This document shows positions 1 to 10,700 of a stretch of DNA of 64,000 nt, in pieces (within the stretch, counting starts at the first letter, position 1; every line of letters starts with the position of its first letter). Below the pieces are notes generated by a model, which was not told the DNA's origin, did not search any database, and was given only the letters and a program-made list of their open reading frames with translations. The position numbers and the translations under genes are program-made. The DNA is from Candidatus Micrarchaeota archaeon (GTDB lineage: Archaea > Micrarchaeota > Micrarchaeia > Anstonellales > Bilamarchaeaceae), in NCBI GenBank assembly GCA_964590665.1, contig CAZPWA010000001.1:12483-76482 (forward strand), given 5' to 3'.

Positions 1-2
1 AC

Positions 3-716
3 ATGATAAATTCACTCATGGAATTTCTTGCTCCAAAAATTCATTCTCTTATCGGAGGAAAAATCCGGCTTAGAATCTTGACAAACCTTGCAACAAAAAG
101 AAAAACCTATGCATGTGCTACTTGGAGCAAGGAAAACTTAACTTCCTCTGAAATCGAGGGTGTTTTGGACGCCTATGCTTTTGCAGAATCTGATGTTTAT
201 CGTTGCGCAACCCACAATAAAGGCATCATGAACGGAATAAGTTCTGCTGTAGTTGCTTCCGGAAATGATTGGAGGTCTGCAGAGGCTGCCGCCCACGCAT
301 ATGCTGCAATGAGTGGAAAATATTCTCCTCTTACTCGATACTCTCTTCTTCCAAATGGGGATTTGTTTGGAGAAATAGAACTTCCTCTTGCTCTTGCAAC
401 TGTTGGTCCTGCTGTAAATTCTTCTCCAATTGCAAAAATAACTCAGAAAATTCTTGGTGTTTCTTCTTCCGGTGAATTGGCGCAGGCTATTGCATGTGTG
501 GGTCTTGCAAATAACTTCTCTGCCCTTCTTGCTCTTTCCGGCGAAGGAATTCAAAAAGGACACATGAAACTACACGGACGCTCTGTTGCATCATTTGTTG
601 GTGCAAGCGATTCTGAAGTTGATGAACTTGCAAAAATTCTTTCCGATTCTTCTGATTATTCCGAATCATTTGCAAAATCTTCGCTTGAAAAAATGCGCAA
701 ATCCAAAAAATCGTGA
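3..716 (+). CDS. mvaA: HMG-CoA reductase, class II (bacterial/degradative type), 5'-truncated by window edge
   Basis: Motifs RILTNLA, RCATHNKGIMNGI, ASGNDWR, GLANNFSAL, EGIQKGHMKLH. Confidence 0.92.
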   Translation: MINSLMEFLAPKIHSLIGGKIRLRILTNLATKRKTYACATWSKENLTSSEIEGVLDAYAFAESDVYRCATHNKGIMNGISSAVVASGNDWRSAEAAAHAYAAMSGKYSPLTRYSLLPNGDLFGEIELPLALATVGPAVNSSPIAKITQKILGVSSSGELAQAIACVGLANNFSALLALSGEGIQKGHMKLHGRSVASFVGASDSEVDELAKILSDSSDYSESFAKSSLEKMRKSKKS

Positions 717-721
717 TTTTT

Positions 722-1696
722 ATGGAATTTTTATTCATTTTGATTATCGGAATCATTTCCGCAATTCTTTCCTATGTTGCAACTTATTTTCTGCGTCCTA
801 AACTTATTGCAAGTGGGATGTTTGGAAATGATATTAATAAGCCTGATAAACCTCAGGTTGCTGAGATGGGGGGTCTTGGAATTTTAACTGGTTTCACTTT
901 TGGGGTTTTGATAGTTATTTTCATAAGTACTTTTTACACTCATAATCTCAATCTTGTTTTTGTGCTTGCAAGTCTTCTTACAATAATTCTTGTCGGTTTG
1001 ATTGGCCTTGTAGATGACTTGATTGATATGCCCCAAATGGTTAAGGCATTTTTACCTCTTTTTGCAGCGATTCCTCTAGTGGTTGTAAATTTTTCTGGTG
1101 ATACTTCAATCCTGCTGCCATTTATCGGTATCGTCGATTTTGGTCCGATTTACTTATTTCTCCTAATTCCTCTGGCTGTTGCCGTTTGCTCTAATCTCAC
1201 AAATATGCTTGCTGGTTTCAATGGAATGGAAGCTGGGATGGGTTTTGTAATGTTTGCGTTTTTGAGTTTTTTTGCAGTTACTAATTCGAAATTTGATATG
1301 CTTGCAATTTCTCTTCCTATGATGGGTGCTCTTTTTGGGTTTTTGCTCTTAAATCGCTACCCCTCTAAAATTTTTCCTGGCGATGTTGGCACTCTTTCTA
1401 TTGGAGCGGCTCTTGCATGCGCTGTGATAATTGGAAATTTTGAAGCTCTGGGTTTCGTACTTATTCTTCCCTATCTCTTAGATTTTGCAATAAAGCTCCT
1501 CAATCGTTTTCCTTCCAAGGGTTGGGCGGGAATTTTTCAAGAGGGCAAATTATTTTCTCCTGAAAAACCCATTTCTCTCTCGCAATACATCATGAAATTT
1601 TCTGGCGGAGTAAGCGAGCCTAATCTGGTTTCATTTTTTGTGTTTCTTGAATTTTTCTTTGGCTTACTAACCCTCTTTATTTTTTATCTAAGGTGA
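722..1696 (+). CDS. aglH: UDP-GlcNAc:dolichyl-phosphate GlcNAc-1-phosphotransferase (glycosyltransferase family 4, AglH/GPT)
   Basis: Multi-TM; DINKPDKPQVAEMGG, GLVDD, NMLAGFNGMEAG, YPSKIFPGDVG. Confidence 0.88.
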   Translation: MEFLFILIIGIISAILSYVATYFLRPKLIASGMFGNDINKPDKPQVAEMGGLGILTGFTFGVLIVIFISTFYTHNLNLVFVLASLLTIILVGLIGLVDDLIDMPQMVKAFLPLFAAIPLVVVNFSGDTSILLPFIGIVDFGPIYLFLLIPLAVAVCSNLTNMLAGFNGMEAGMGFVMFAFLSFFAVTNSKFDMLAISLPMMGALFGFLLLNRYPSKIFPGDVGTLSIGAALACAVIIGNFEALGFVLILPYLLDFAIKLLNRFPSKGWAGIFQEGKLFSPEKPISLSQYIMKFSGGVSEPNLVSFFVFLEFFFGLLTLFIFYLR

Positions 1697-1702
1697 TTTT
1701 GC

Positions 1703-2644
1703 ATGTCATTGCCTACTCATAGTTATTTAGTGACTGGAGGTGCCGGTTTTATTGGTTCGCACCTTTGCGATTTTCTTGTTTCAAAAGGTCATATGGTCTA
1801 TGTTATTGATGATCTTTCAAATGGCTCTCTGGCAAATTTACCAAAGCATGAAAATCTGGAGTTTTTTGATCTATCGATTTTAGATGATCTTTCTTCAATT
1901 TCTCCCCTGAGCAAAATTGATTGTGCTTTCCACCTTGCCGCGCAGGTTTCTGTTCAAAATTCAATTGAAGATCCCCAAAAAACTTATCTTATTAATAAAG
2001 AAGGAACAAAAAACGTTCTAAATTTTTGCAAAAATTTTAAAATTCCTAAGGCAGTTTTGGCTTCCTCTGCTGCAGTTTATGGCGATGCACCAGTTCCAAT
2101 TTCCGAAACTCAAGAACTCTGCCCTCTTTCTCCCTATGCTAAATCAAAAATCGATATGGAAAATATTGCCCATGATTTTTCTGATCATTCTTTTCAAACT
2201 ACGTGCCTGCGTTTCTTTAATGTTTTTGGTCCAAGGCAAAACCCATCCTCATCGTATTCAGGTGTCATTACTAAATTTTTTAATTCATTAAAAAACAATT
2301 CCCCTATAACTGTTTTTGGAGATGGAAGTCAGACTCGGGATTTCATATATGTTTCCGATGTTGTTTCTGCTCTCTTTTGTGCTGCAACCAATTCTTCCCG
2401 CAATTCTTCTCCGATCTACAATGTCGGAAGCGGAACTCAAACCTCAATTAATTCTCTAATTGGACAGGTTAATTCCATCTCGGGCACTTCTGTTCCTGTT
2501 GTTTATTCTCCTGCGCGTAAGGGAGACATTCTTCACTCTGTCGCATCCATTTCAAAAATTAAAAAAGAGCTCGGTTTTTCTCCTTCTGTTAGTTTATTTA
2601 GTGGTTTAAAGAGTACTTGGGAATGGTTTAAAAAAAATGATTAA
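1703..2644 (+). CDS. NAD-dependent sugar epimerase/dehydratase (UDP-glucose/GlcNAc 4-epimerase-like)
   Basis: TGGAGFIGSH, SSAAVYG, YAKSK (YxxxK), LRFFNVFGPRQ, GDGSQTRDF. Confidence 0.9.
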   Translation: MSLPTHSYLVTGGAGFIGSHLCDFLVSKGHMVYVIDDLSNGSLANLPKHENLEFFDLSILDDLSSISPLSKIDCAFHLAAQVSVQNSIEDPQKTYLINKEGTKNVLNFCKNFKIPKAVLASSAAVYGDAPVPISETQELCPLSPYAKSKIDMENIAHDFSDHSFQTTCLRFFNVFGPRQNPSSSYSGVITKFFNSLKNNSPITVFGDGSQTRDFIYVSDVVSALFCAATNSSRNSSPIYNVGSGTQTSINSLIGQVNSISGTSVPVVYSPARKGDILHSVASISKIKKELGFSPSVSLFSGLKSTWEWFKKND

Positions 2645-3354
2645 ATTTTTCCTTCAACATCTCTGAAGAACTTTATCACACTGAAAAGTTCGACTAGTCT
2701 GTCGTAGTCTGCAACTCTTCCTATATCAAACCAGACATCATCAAATGGATAAGCACCTATTTTTTCTTTCTTTGAAAGAATCTTAGGAAAAACGTTTTTT
2801 GCAAAATCGTCTCCATCTTCAACGAAATCCAGGGCTTCTGCTTCAAAAAGATAAATCCCCGTATTAAATTCGTGCTCTAGAAGTGGTTTTTCAACAAATC
2901 CACTTATGTATTCATCCTTTCTCGTTGCAACTCCGAAATCAATTTGCGTTCTGCTTTTAAAGAGTGCAATCGTTGCAATTGATTGACTTTTTTTATGACT
3001 TTGGTGCATTTTTTTCAAATCTATGTTTGTTATATGATCTCCCATCAAAACAAAAAAGGGCTCTTTTATTTTTCCTTTTAAATCAGAAAGCGCCCCAGCC
3101 GTTCCTCTGTATTTCTTCTCTATTATATAATCTATTTTGACTCCGAATTTGCTTCCATCTCCAAAATGGTCTATTATTTGCTGGTGAAGATATCCGACGG
3201 TGATGGTTATGTTCTTTATTTCACACCTGCGCAAATTTTCAATCACATATTCTAAAATTGGTTTTCCGCCAAGTCTTAGCATTGGCTTTGGTGTAGAATA
3301 TGTATATGGTCTTAATCTCGTTCCTTCTCCGCCTGCTATAATGAATGCTCTCAT
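2641..3354 (-). CDS. Sugar-phosphate nucleotidyltransferase (NDP-sugar synthase)
   Basis: IAGGEGTRLRPYT..PKPML, GDGSKFGVKIDY, GTAGAL, WFDIG. Confidence 0.9.
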   Translation of the reverse strand: MRAFIIAGGEGTRLRPYTYSTPKPMLRLGGKPILEYVIENLRRCEIKNITITVGYLHQQIIDHFGDGSKFGVKIDYIIEKKYRGTAGALSDLKGKIKEPFFVLMGDHITNIDLKKMHQSHKKSQSIATIALFKSRTQIDFGVATRKDEYISGFVEKPLLEHEFNTGIYLFEAEALDFVEDGDDFAKNVFPKILSKKEKIGAYPFDDVWFDIGRVADYDRLVELFSVIKFFRDVEGKI

Positions 3355-3364
3355 TTGTTTTCAC

Positions 3365-3982
3365 CTATTTTATTAAGAACCCTAAAAGAGCCCCTGCAAT
3401 TGATCCAAGTATGTTTGTCGTGTCCTTTGTTCCAAGTCCTCTTTCTTCAAAAAATCCAAAGAATGTATCTATTAATGATCCGCCTAAGCCGGCAAGGCTT
3501 ACGATCACTGCTTTCTCGGGTGTTATTCCAAATAGGAATATTGCTCCAAGTCCAATTAGTGCTCCTGCGCCCATCGATGCAACTGTTCCCATTTTGCTTA
3601 TTGCCCCGCTGGTTCCAGGTTTCACTTTTTTGAAGCTTATTATAGAAATCGGGTCTTCTTTGTCTAATACTCCAACCTCTGAACCAAATTTGTCGGCCGT
3701 TACTGCTGCCATCGATGCAATAAATGGCATTGCTCCGATTTGAGGAGATAAGTATGCAAGTATTACTGGCACCAGGCCATTTGAGAAAACATTTTCCCAA
3801 CTTCTTTCATGTTCATAAAGTCCAAGTTCTTTTTTTGTTTCGTATTCATATCTGGTTACAATTATTGCAAGAACAAAAAACCAGAGCATCAGAATTAGGT
3901 AATTTGGACCTCCGAAAAAAATTAATAAAAAACCAAAAATGAGTGCGAGGACAACACCCTTAGTATCTAAAATTCCCTTCAA
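3365..3982 (-). CDS. DUF92 (TMEM19-like) membrane protein
   Basis: RSWENVFSNG, ADKFGSEVG, VKPGTSGAIS..GT, GSLIDTFFG. Confidence 0.85.
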   Translation of the reverse strand: MKGILDTKGVVLALIFGFLLIFFGGPNYLILMLWFFVLAIIVTRYEYETKKELGLYEHERSWENVFSNGLVPVILAYLSPQIGAMPFIASMAAVTADKFGSEVGVLDKEDPISIISFKKVKPGTSGAISKMGTVASMGAGALIGLGAIFLFGITPEKAVIVSLAGLGGSLIDTFFGFFEERGLGTKDTTNILGSIAGALLGFLIK

Positions 3983-4000
3983 GATCTTGCACCGTAATAA

Positions 4001-4327
4001 TTATTTTGCAATAATTATTTCAATTGCAGATACTTTGCTCTTTGAGCCATCTTCTGAAGTCAATTCTTCAGTTGAAATGTTTATTTTCTTGAGGTTTATT
4101 GTTGGCATGAACCGGTTTTTAAAAATTTCAACTACATCAACTGCCTTTGAAATTAGCTTTCCTCTTGCCTTAACTACTACTTCCGGCGTTCCATTGTTGA
4201 ACTGCGTCACAACTGCCAAAACATAGCCCATTGTGCCTTTTTTACCAATGAAGATAGTGTTTCCATCCATTTTTTTTGGTACCATAGTTTCTTCGTCGTT
4301 TTCCATGTCATTTTCGTCTGTTTGCAT
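4001..4327 (-). CDS. albA: DNA/RNA-binding protein Alba with acidic N-terminal extension
   Basis: IFIGKKGTMGYVLA, KARGKLISKAVDVVE, VSAIEI; SD GAGGTG upstream of ATG 4327. Confidence 0.95.
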   Translation of the reverse strand: MQTDENDMENDEETMVPKKMDGNTIFIGKKGTMGYVLAVVTQFNNGTPEVVVKARGKLISKAVDVVEIFKNRFMPTINLKKINISTEELTSEDGSKSKVSAIEIIIAK

Positions 4328-4488
4328 GTTTCCACCTCGAAATAGTTTAGTCGACCGTGTGTCGTAATAATTCACATTAGCCTAATTCTTGAATGTATTT
4401 AAACCTTTTGTTCTTTTCCTTTTGCTTCCTTTTGGCTTCTTCCTTCTTAGATTAATACTTTTAAACTTCGCTCTTCAAATTCATACTG

Positions 4489-6234
4489 ATGGTAACTAGA
4501 GTTGCAGTGATCGATAGGGATCTATGCATAAAGGAAAAATGCGGCTACGTATGCGCAAAGGTCTGTCCTCCTAATCGAATGGGCGATGAATGTATAGTCG
4601 TAGAGCCGGATACATCTTTTCCTGCAATCTCCGAACCTCTTTGCATTGGCTGCGGTCTTTGCGTTAAAAAGTGTCCTGTCTCCTGCATCGACATAATAAA
4701 TATTGCAAAAGAACTTGATGAGCCTATTTACCAATATGGAATAAACACTTTCCGGCTTTATGGACTTCCTCTTCCTGAAAAAGGAGCCTCTTCGATCGTT
4801 GGAAAAAACGGAATTGGTAAAAGTTCTGCAATAAAACTTCTAACTAGGCAAATTAAGCCAAACTTTGCTATTTTCGATAAAAACCTCACTGATTCAGAAA
4901 TACTCCTTAAGCTTCCTCTTGAAACAAGGCGTTATTTCCAAAGCGGATCAAATAATCGCTTTAGTCTTAAACCTCAACATGTTGATAAATTAAAAATCGC
5001 ATTCACCGGAACTGTTCGTGAGCTGCTTTCTGCGGTTGCAGGTTCCGTTTCCGCCCAAAAAATTTCTGAGCTCTTTGCAATCGGAAAAATACTGGATCGA
5101 AAAGTTGCCCATCTTTCAGGAGGAGAGCTTCAAAAAGTTGCAATTGCAACTGCCTATCTAAAAGATGCTGACATTTACTATTTTGATGAAGTTACAAACT
5201 ATCTCGATATTGAAGAGCGGCTTCGTGCTGCAGTCATTTTAAAATCCCTTTCGGAAACAAAGTCTGTTTTACTTGCTGAGCATGATCTTTCTATCTTGGA
5301 CTATGTCAGCGATTATGTTTATCTTGTCTATGGACAAGAAAATGTTTACGGGGTTGTTTCCCACTTGAAAAATGTCCGAAGCGGAATCAATGAGTATATT
5401 GAGGGATATTTAAAAGATGAAAATGTGCGCTTTAGAGATTATCCTATTTCATTTACCCGGCACAGTGAAGATGCTCTAAAATCAAAACCTCTTCTCTCTT
5501 ATTCGGCATTTTCAAAGTCTTTTGGCGAATTTACTTTTTCCAGTGATAGCGGCGAAATTAAAAAAGGGGAAATTTTGGGCCTAGTTGGGAAAAATGCTCT
5601 TGGAAAATCCCTTTTTGTAAAGCTTCTTTCAAATTTGGAAAAAGGAGATTCTGGCGCTGCAATTGAACTTAAGCTTTCCTACAAACCCCAATACATAGAG
5701 GCTTCAAAGCAAACTGTTTCTGAAATGCTTTCCGATTCCTCAATCAACCAAGCATTTTTGGAAGAGTGCAAAAGAAAACTTAATCTCAATTCTCTTATGG
5801 ACAAGTCTCTAGATACCTTATCTGGAGGGGAATTACAGCGGGTTTTCCTTTCAAAAGCGCTTGCAACTGAAGCTGAAGTTTATCTTTTTGATGAACCAAC
5901 TGCATTTTTAGACATTGAACAAAGATTTGAATTTGCATCTCTTTTAAGAAGAAGAATCAGCGAATCTGAAAAATGCGCATTTGTTGTGGATCATGATGTG
6001 GTCTTTATTGATGCAATCTCCAATCGTTTGGTTGTCTTTGAAGGTGAAAGTTCTGTTTCGGGTCATGCCACAACCCCTCTTCTAAAAAAGGAAGGTATGA
6101 ACAAGTTCCTCAAAATAACTGGCATTACTATGCGTCGTGATCATGAAAATTTCCGACCTAGGATAAATAAGCCTGATTCTGCTTTGGATTCAGAGCAAAA
6201 ATCTTCCGGAAATTATTTCCTTTATGAAAAATGA
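4489..6234 (+). CDS. Ribosome recycling ATPase ABCE1/RLI1
   Basis: N-terminal 2x[4Fe-4S] Cys motifs, two NBDs (GKNGIGKS, GKNALGKS, LSGGELQ x2), RPRINK..S. Confidence 0.96.
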   Translation: MVTRVAVIDRDLCIKEKCGYVCAKVCPPNRMGDECIVVEPDTSFPAISEPLCIGCGLCVKKCPVSCIDIINIAKELDEPIYQYGINTFRLYGLPLPEKGASSIVGKNGIGKSSAIKLLTRQIKPNFAIFDKNLTDSEILLKLPLETRRYFQSGSNNRFSLKPQHVDKLKIAFTGTVRELLSAVAGSVSAQKISELFAIGKILDRKVAHLSGGELQKVAIATAYLKDADIYYFDEVTNYLDIEERLRAAVILKSLSETKSVLLAEHDLSILDYVSDYVYLVYGQENVYGVVSHLKNVRSGINEYIEGYLKDENVRFRDYPISFTRHSEDALKSKPLLSYSAFSKSFGEFTFSSDSGEIKKGEILGLVGKNALGKSLFVKLLSNLEKGDSGAAIELKLSYKPQYIEASKQTVSEMLSDSSINQAFLEECKRKLNLNSLMDKSLDTLSGGELQRVFLSKALATEAEVYLFDEPTAFLDIEQRFEFASLLRRRISESEKCAFVVDHDVVFIDAISNRLVVFEGESSVSGHATTPLLKKEGMNKFLKITGITMRRDHENFRPRINKPDSALDSEQKSSGNYFLYEK

Positions 6235-6275
6235 TTTCCAATTCTCTTTTAAATTTTCTCTGTTTTTTAATTTTG

Positions 6276-7196
6276 ATGCAAACCCCTAATTACAAAATCT
6301 GGATGGATGGCAAGTTCGTTCCTTGGAAAAATGCAAATGTTCACGTTTTGACGCATGCTCTTCACTATGGAACGGCAATTTTTGAGGGAATGCGTGCCTA
6401 TTCAACTCCCCAAGGCCCAGCAATTTTTAGGATGAAGGATCATTATCAGCGTCTTCTTATGGGTGTCAAGTCATATTCATTTAAGTGCAATTATACTATT
6501 GATGAACTTTGCAGTGCAACAAAAAAACTAGTTCGGATGAATAAGCTTGATAGTTGCTATTTGCGCCCTATTTGTTTTGCGGGATACAAGGGAATTGGTC
6601 TAAATATTTCCGACGCTCCATTTCAATTTGCAATCATTCCATACCCACTTGGAAAATTTTTTGGAAAAGATGCACAAAAGGGGATCGACTGCCAGATTTC
6701 AAGCTGGAGAAGAATTGATTCAACTACTCTTTCTCCTCATGTTAAAGCGAGCGCCAATTATCTTAATTCAACTCTTGCAAAAATGGAAGCTATAAATGGT
6801 GGCTATCATGAAGCAATTATGCTTTCTGAAGATGGGCATGTAAGTGAGGGGAGCGGTGAGAATCTTTTCATTGTGCGGGATGGAGTTCTTATGACTCCAC
6901 CTATTTATGACGGTGTTCTATCTGGGATTACTCGAGATACAATAATTTCATTTTCAAAAGAACTTGGAATACCATTTAAGGAAACTTCTATCCTGAGGGA
7001 TGAACTTTACACTGCTGATGAAGTTTTTCTTTGCGGAACTGCAGCTGAAATAACTCCGGTGCGTTCTGTTGATCGCAGGGTGATCAATTCCTCCCCTGGA
7101 AAAATAACATTGGATTTGATGGATACTTTTTCAAATGTTGTTTGTGCCAAGGATGAACGTTTTATCCGTTATCTGGACTTTGCAAATTCTCCCTGA
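6276..7196 (+). CDS. ilvE: Branched-chain amino acid aminotransferase
   Basis: HALHYGTAIFEG, YLRP, KASANYLNS, EGSGENLF, GITR, ADEVFLCGTAAEITPV; TATA-like TTTAAATT about 21 nt before ATG 6276. Confidence 0.93.
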   Translation: MQTPNYKIWMDGKFVPWKNANVHVLTHALHYGTAIFEGMRAYSTPQGPAIFRMKDHYQRLLMGVKSYSFKCNYTIDELCSATKKLVRMNKLDSCYLRPICFAGYKGIGLNISDAPFQFAIIPYPLGKFFGKDAQKGIDCQISSWRRIDSTTLSPHVKASANYLNSTLAKMEAINGGYHEAIMLSEDGHVSEGSGENLFIVRDGVLMTPPIYDGVLSGITRDTIISFSKELGIPFKETSILRDELYTADEVFLCGTAAEITPVRSVDRRVINSSPGKITLDLMDTFSNVVCAKDERFIRYLDFANSP

Positions 7197-7242
7197 TCTG
7201 GCCCTATGCGCATTTTAATGTTTGCTTCCCATATTTTTTTCA

Positions 7243-8856
7243 ATGAAACAAAAAATATTTCTTTTACTATTTTTGGTCCTCTGTGCTGGGGGTTTTTTGC
7301 TATTAAATGAGAAAATTCTTGATTTTCCTCACTTGATTTTCAGAACTTTTTTGAGGATGCTTCTTGCCTACGCACTTTCAATTATTTTTTCTGTTTCTTT
7401 GGGCTTGTTCATGGTCCATAATCCCAAATGGTTTAGGACTCTCTTTCCTGTTTTGGATGTTTTGCAATCCGTTCCTATTCTTGGTTTCCTTCCATTTGCA
7501 GTTATTTTTATCATCAACATCATCCCTATTTTTGGGGCTGAGATTTCGACTATTTTTCTCATTTTTACCTGCATGACTTGGTCTATAATTTTCAATGTAA
7601 TTGAAAGTGTTCGTGCAATTCCTTCTGAACTCAAAGATGCGTCCCGCCTAAATTCAATTGGCGGTTCAGATTATTTGACCCACGTTCTTTTTCCATCTCT
7701 TTTTCCTGCTCTTATTTCAGGCAGTGTTTCGGGATGGGGTGGCGGCTGGTACTTTTTAGTTGCGGGCGAGTATGTTTCTTTTGGTGAAGCTCCTCCCTAC
7801 TCCTTGCCCGGAGTTGGTTCCTTCATTGCTCATTCCGCTTTTGATGGAAATCTCACATTTTCCCTTTTTGGGCTTGCCGTCTTATCTCTGATGGTTCTTT
7901 TTATGAATTTTTTCATATGGAATCCTCTTCTCTCTCGCTCTTCTAGATACTCCTATTCACAAACACAATCCCAGTCTTCCTATGTTCGTGTTGAAAATAA
8001 TATTTTTACTAATTTTTTAGATTCGATTTACTCAAAAATAAAATCTGCTTTTTCCAAGTCTTCTTTTATCTTATCAATTACTAAAAAATTCAATATTTCT
8101 CCAACCTCTGTTGATTTTAGTTCTCTTAATTCCAGTTCTCTTAATCTGGGGATTGCCTCCCTCATCCTTTTTGTTGCTCTTTTATTTATTTTTGGGAGGG
8201 ATCTTAACTCAATCCCTACGTTTTTCCTTTCTCTCCTATTTTCATTTTTGCGAATATTGGTTGCTTTTGTTTTTGTTACTCTATGGACCGTTCCAGTTGC
8301 AATTTTTCTTGGGCGAAATAGAAAAATTGCTGAATCATTGCTTCCCTTTTTCGATGTCTGCCAATCCATTCCGGCTATTGCGGTTTTTCCTATAATTTTA
8401 GTTTCTGTAATCAATCTTATCGGCGGGAATCTTGGACTTGAAATTTCATCTATTTTGCTTCTCATGACTGGCATGCAATGGTATCTCTTATTCAATCTTT
8501 TGCGTGCAGTTTCCTCAATCCCCAACGACTTAATCGAAGCTTCCTCTATGCTTCGATTCTCAAAACTGCAAAAACTTTATCACTTGTATCTGCCTGCAAT
8601 TGTTCCCTCTTTTGTTATTGGGAGCATTCAAGCGTTTGGCGGGGGCTGGAACGCATTAATTGTCGGTGAGCATATTAAATTTAACAATCAGATATTTTCA
8701 ACTTACGGAATCGGTTCCTTACTTGTAAATTTTGCCAATCTGGGAGATACTCTTGGAATAATTCTTTCTATTCTGGTTTTAATTTTTGCAATAGTAATGA
8801 TTAATAGCTTTGTTTGGAAAAAAGCCTTAAAAACATGTGAGAACTTTAAGATTTAG
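7243..8856 (+). CDS. NitT/TauT-family ABC transporter permease with two fused permease domains
   Basis: Internal duplication [11 protein letters not shown] / [11 protein letters not shown] and GWGGGWY / AFGGGWN; multi-TM. Confidence 0.88.
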   Translation: MKQKIFLLLFLVLCAGGFLLLNEKILDFPHLIFRTFLRMLLAYALSIIFSVSLGLFMVHNPKWFRTLFPVLDVLQSVPILGFLPFAVIFIINIIPIFGAEISTIFLIFTCMTWSIIFNVIESVRAIPSELKDASRLNSIGGSDYLTHVLFPSLFPALISGSVSGWGGGWYFLVAGEYVSFGEAPPYSLPGVGSFIAHSAFDGNLTFSLFGLAVLSLMVLFMNFFIWNPLLSRSSRYSYSQTQSQSSYVRVENNIFTNFLDSIYSKIKSAFSKSSFILSITKKFNISPTSVDFSSLNSSSLNLGIASLILFVALLFIFGRDLNSIPTFFLSLLFSFLRILVAFVFVTLWTVPVAIFLGRNRKIAESLLPFFDVCQSIPAIAVFPIILVSVINLIGGNLGLEISSILLLMTGMQWYLLFNLLRAVSSIPNDLIEASSMLRFSKLQKLYHLYLPAIVPSFVIGSIQAFGGGWNALIVGEHIKFNNQIFSTYGIGSLLVNFANLGDTLGIILSILVLIFAIVMINSFVWKKALKTCENFKI

Positions 8857-8864
8857 TGATTTTC

Positions 8865-9614
8865 ATGACATTGGAACTTGTGCTCAAAAACGTAACTAAA
8901 CGATACTCTATCGAAGGGAGCGAAGTTCTTGCTGTTGAAAATATTTCCTTTTCTGTTAAAAAACGAGAATCCATTGCTCTTGTTGGTCCATCTGGCTGTG
9001 GAAAATCTACTCTGATTCGTATGATTTCCGGATTGGAAAATCCTTCCTCTGGTCAAATTCTTTTTCAGGGAAATCCCATCACGTCTCCAATTTCCGACAT
9101 TAATATGGTTTTTCAATCGTTTGCGCTGTTTCCTTGGAAAACCGTTCTTGAAAATGTTGAGATGGGTATTTTAGATAAACCTCAAGATCAAAGACGTGCA
9201 ATTGCACAAAAATTTGTTGATTTGGTTGGGCTTGGCGGTTTTGAATCCAGTTATCCTAAAGAACTTAGTGGAGGGATGAAACAAAGGGTTGGGATTGCGC
9301 GTGCAGTTTCAAAAGAACCCCAAATTCTTCTTTTAGATGAGCCTTTTTCTGCTTTGGATGCTTTGACTGCAAACAACCTTCGAAATGAAGTTTTGCGCTT
9401 TTATCTTAGTCGAAAAAATAAGCCTGATGTTCTAATTATGATAACCCACAGCATCGAGGAAGCTGTTTATATGGCAAATCGGGTTATTGTTCTTTCAAAA
9501 AGGCCTGGAAGGTTAGTTGCTGATATTAAAATTGATCTTCCCTTCCCAAGAAACAAATCCGACCCTCGTTTTTCTTCATATGTTGATCAGATAACTTCCC
9601 TAATTAGCATCTAA
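8865..9614 (+). CDS. NitT/TauT-family ABC transporter ATP-binding protein
   Basis: [36 protein letters not shown]. Confidence 0.93.
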   Translation: MTLELVLKNVTKRYSIEGSEVLAVENISFSVKKRESIALVGPSGCGKSTLIRMISGLENPSSGQILFQGNPITSPISDINMVFQSFALFPWKTVLENVEMGILDKPQDQRRAIAQKFVDLVGLGGFESSYPKELSGGMKQRVGIARAVSKEPQILLLDEPFSALDALTANNLRNEVLRFYLSRKNKPDVLIMITHSIEEAVYMANRVIVLSKRPGRLVADIKIDLPFPRNKSDPRFSSYVDQITSLISI

Positions 9615-9616
9615 TT

Positions 9617-10138
9617 TTATTCTTCTCCTTCTTCATCTGCCGTTTCAGTTATCTCTTGAGGTTTTGGTATTGTGAATCTTTGTCTTTTTCCATCGTATTC
9701 TATGATCTCTGCATATCCGCACCAAGATAAAAATAGCTTGTGAAATCTTGAAACATCGTCTATTATGTGATTTACTCTCAGGTGATCTATTATCTTTTTC
9801 TCATCTGCTTCTTTCTCTTTTTTGATAAGTGCTATTACTGTTTTAAATGGTTCAACATTGAGAAGCTGTTTTCTAAGTATCCTTTTTTTGTCATCTATTG
9901 TTCCTAAATTTAGTGCTTCTCCAAAAACTGAAAGTTGGATTATTCCATTTTTTACTTTAACTAAACATAGAAGCTCGGCCATGTCAACGACATCTCCTAA
10001 GTCGTCCAGTTCCATTCTAAGTTCTTCTGCAATAAAGGAAATTTTGCTTTTTCCCCCATATGCATAAATTATTTCAACTAATCCTAAAACTTCTCCGACA
10101 TTTGCATCCGGAAAAGGAAGTAACTTATGTTTCCCCAT
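9617..10138 (-). CDS. Stand-alone AAA-associated domain (normally the C-terminus of NitT/TauT ATPases)
   Basis: P.ANVGEVLGLVE, AEELRMELDDL, AELL, SWCGYAEIIEYD resemble this domain; adjacent to the cognate ATPase. Confidence 0.75.
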   Translation of the reverse strand: MGKHKLLPFPDANVGEVLGLVEIIYAYGGKSKISFIAEELRMELDDLGDVVDMAELLCLVKVKNGIIQLSVFGEALNLGTIDDKKRILRKQLLNVEPFKTVIALIKKEKEADEKKIIDHLRVNHIIDDVSRFHKLFLSWCGYAEIIEYDGKRQRFTIPKPQEITETADEEGEE

Positions 10139-10212
10139 TTTTCATCTCTCTTCTATATTCCCTATTTGTGTAGGTCTTATAAATACACGTATTTACCTGT
10201 GGTATTTTTGCT

Positions 10213-10665
10213 TTATATGCGTTTAATGTTGTGGTTTTTTATGATTTTTTTGATGTCAAATTTACCTGCTCTTGGTCCATTATAGTATATTATGAGCATT
10301 GTAACCAATGTTCCGATTCCTGCTTCTTTCCACATTTCAATTCCTACTAGAACCCCTATCGCTGCAGTTACCCAAACCCCAGCTGCTGTTGTCAGTCCTC
10401 TTGGTTTTCCACTTGATTGTCCCTTCCAAATTACTCCAAGTCCTAAAAATCCTATTCCACTAACTATCTGCCCAATGACTCTTGTTGGGTCGCTAGTTTC
10501 AACTCCAAAATTCATTATTGAAATTGATGCAAAAATGCAACTTCCAAGACAAATTAGTGCAAATGTTCTTTCTCCTGCCGGATTTTTCTTTCTTGTTAGC
10601 CCAATCAAAAATCCTATTATTGCTGCTAGGGTGTATTTTGCAAACATCAGTTCATCTGGGCTCAT
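10213..10665 (-). CDS. MgtC/SapB family membrane protein
   Basis: AGERTFALICLG, DPTRVIGQIVSGIGFLGLG, GLTTAAGVWVTAAIG. Confidence 0.92.
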   Translation of the reverse strand: MSPDELMFAKYTLAAIIGFLIGLTRKKNPAGERTFALICLGSCIFASISIMNFGVETSDPTRVIGQIVSGIGFLGLGVIWKGQSSGKPRGLTTAAGVWVTAAIGVLVGIEMWKEAGIGTLVTMLIIYYNGPRAGKFDIKKIIKNHNIKRI

Positions 10666-10700
10666 ATTTAAGAATTTAAATTAACCTTAATATATGTTTC

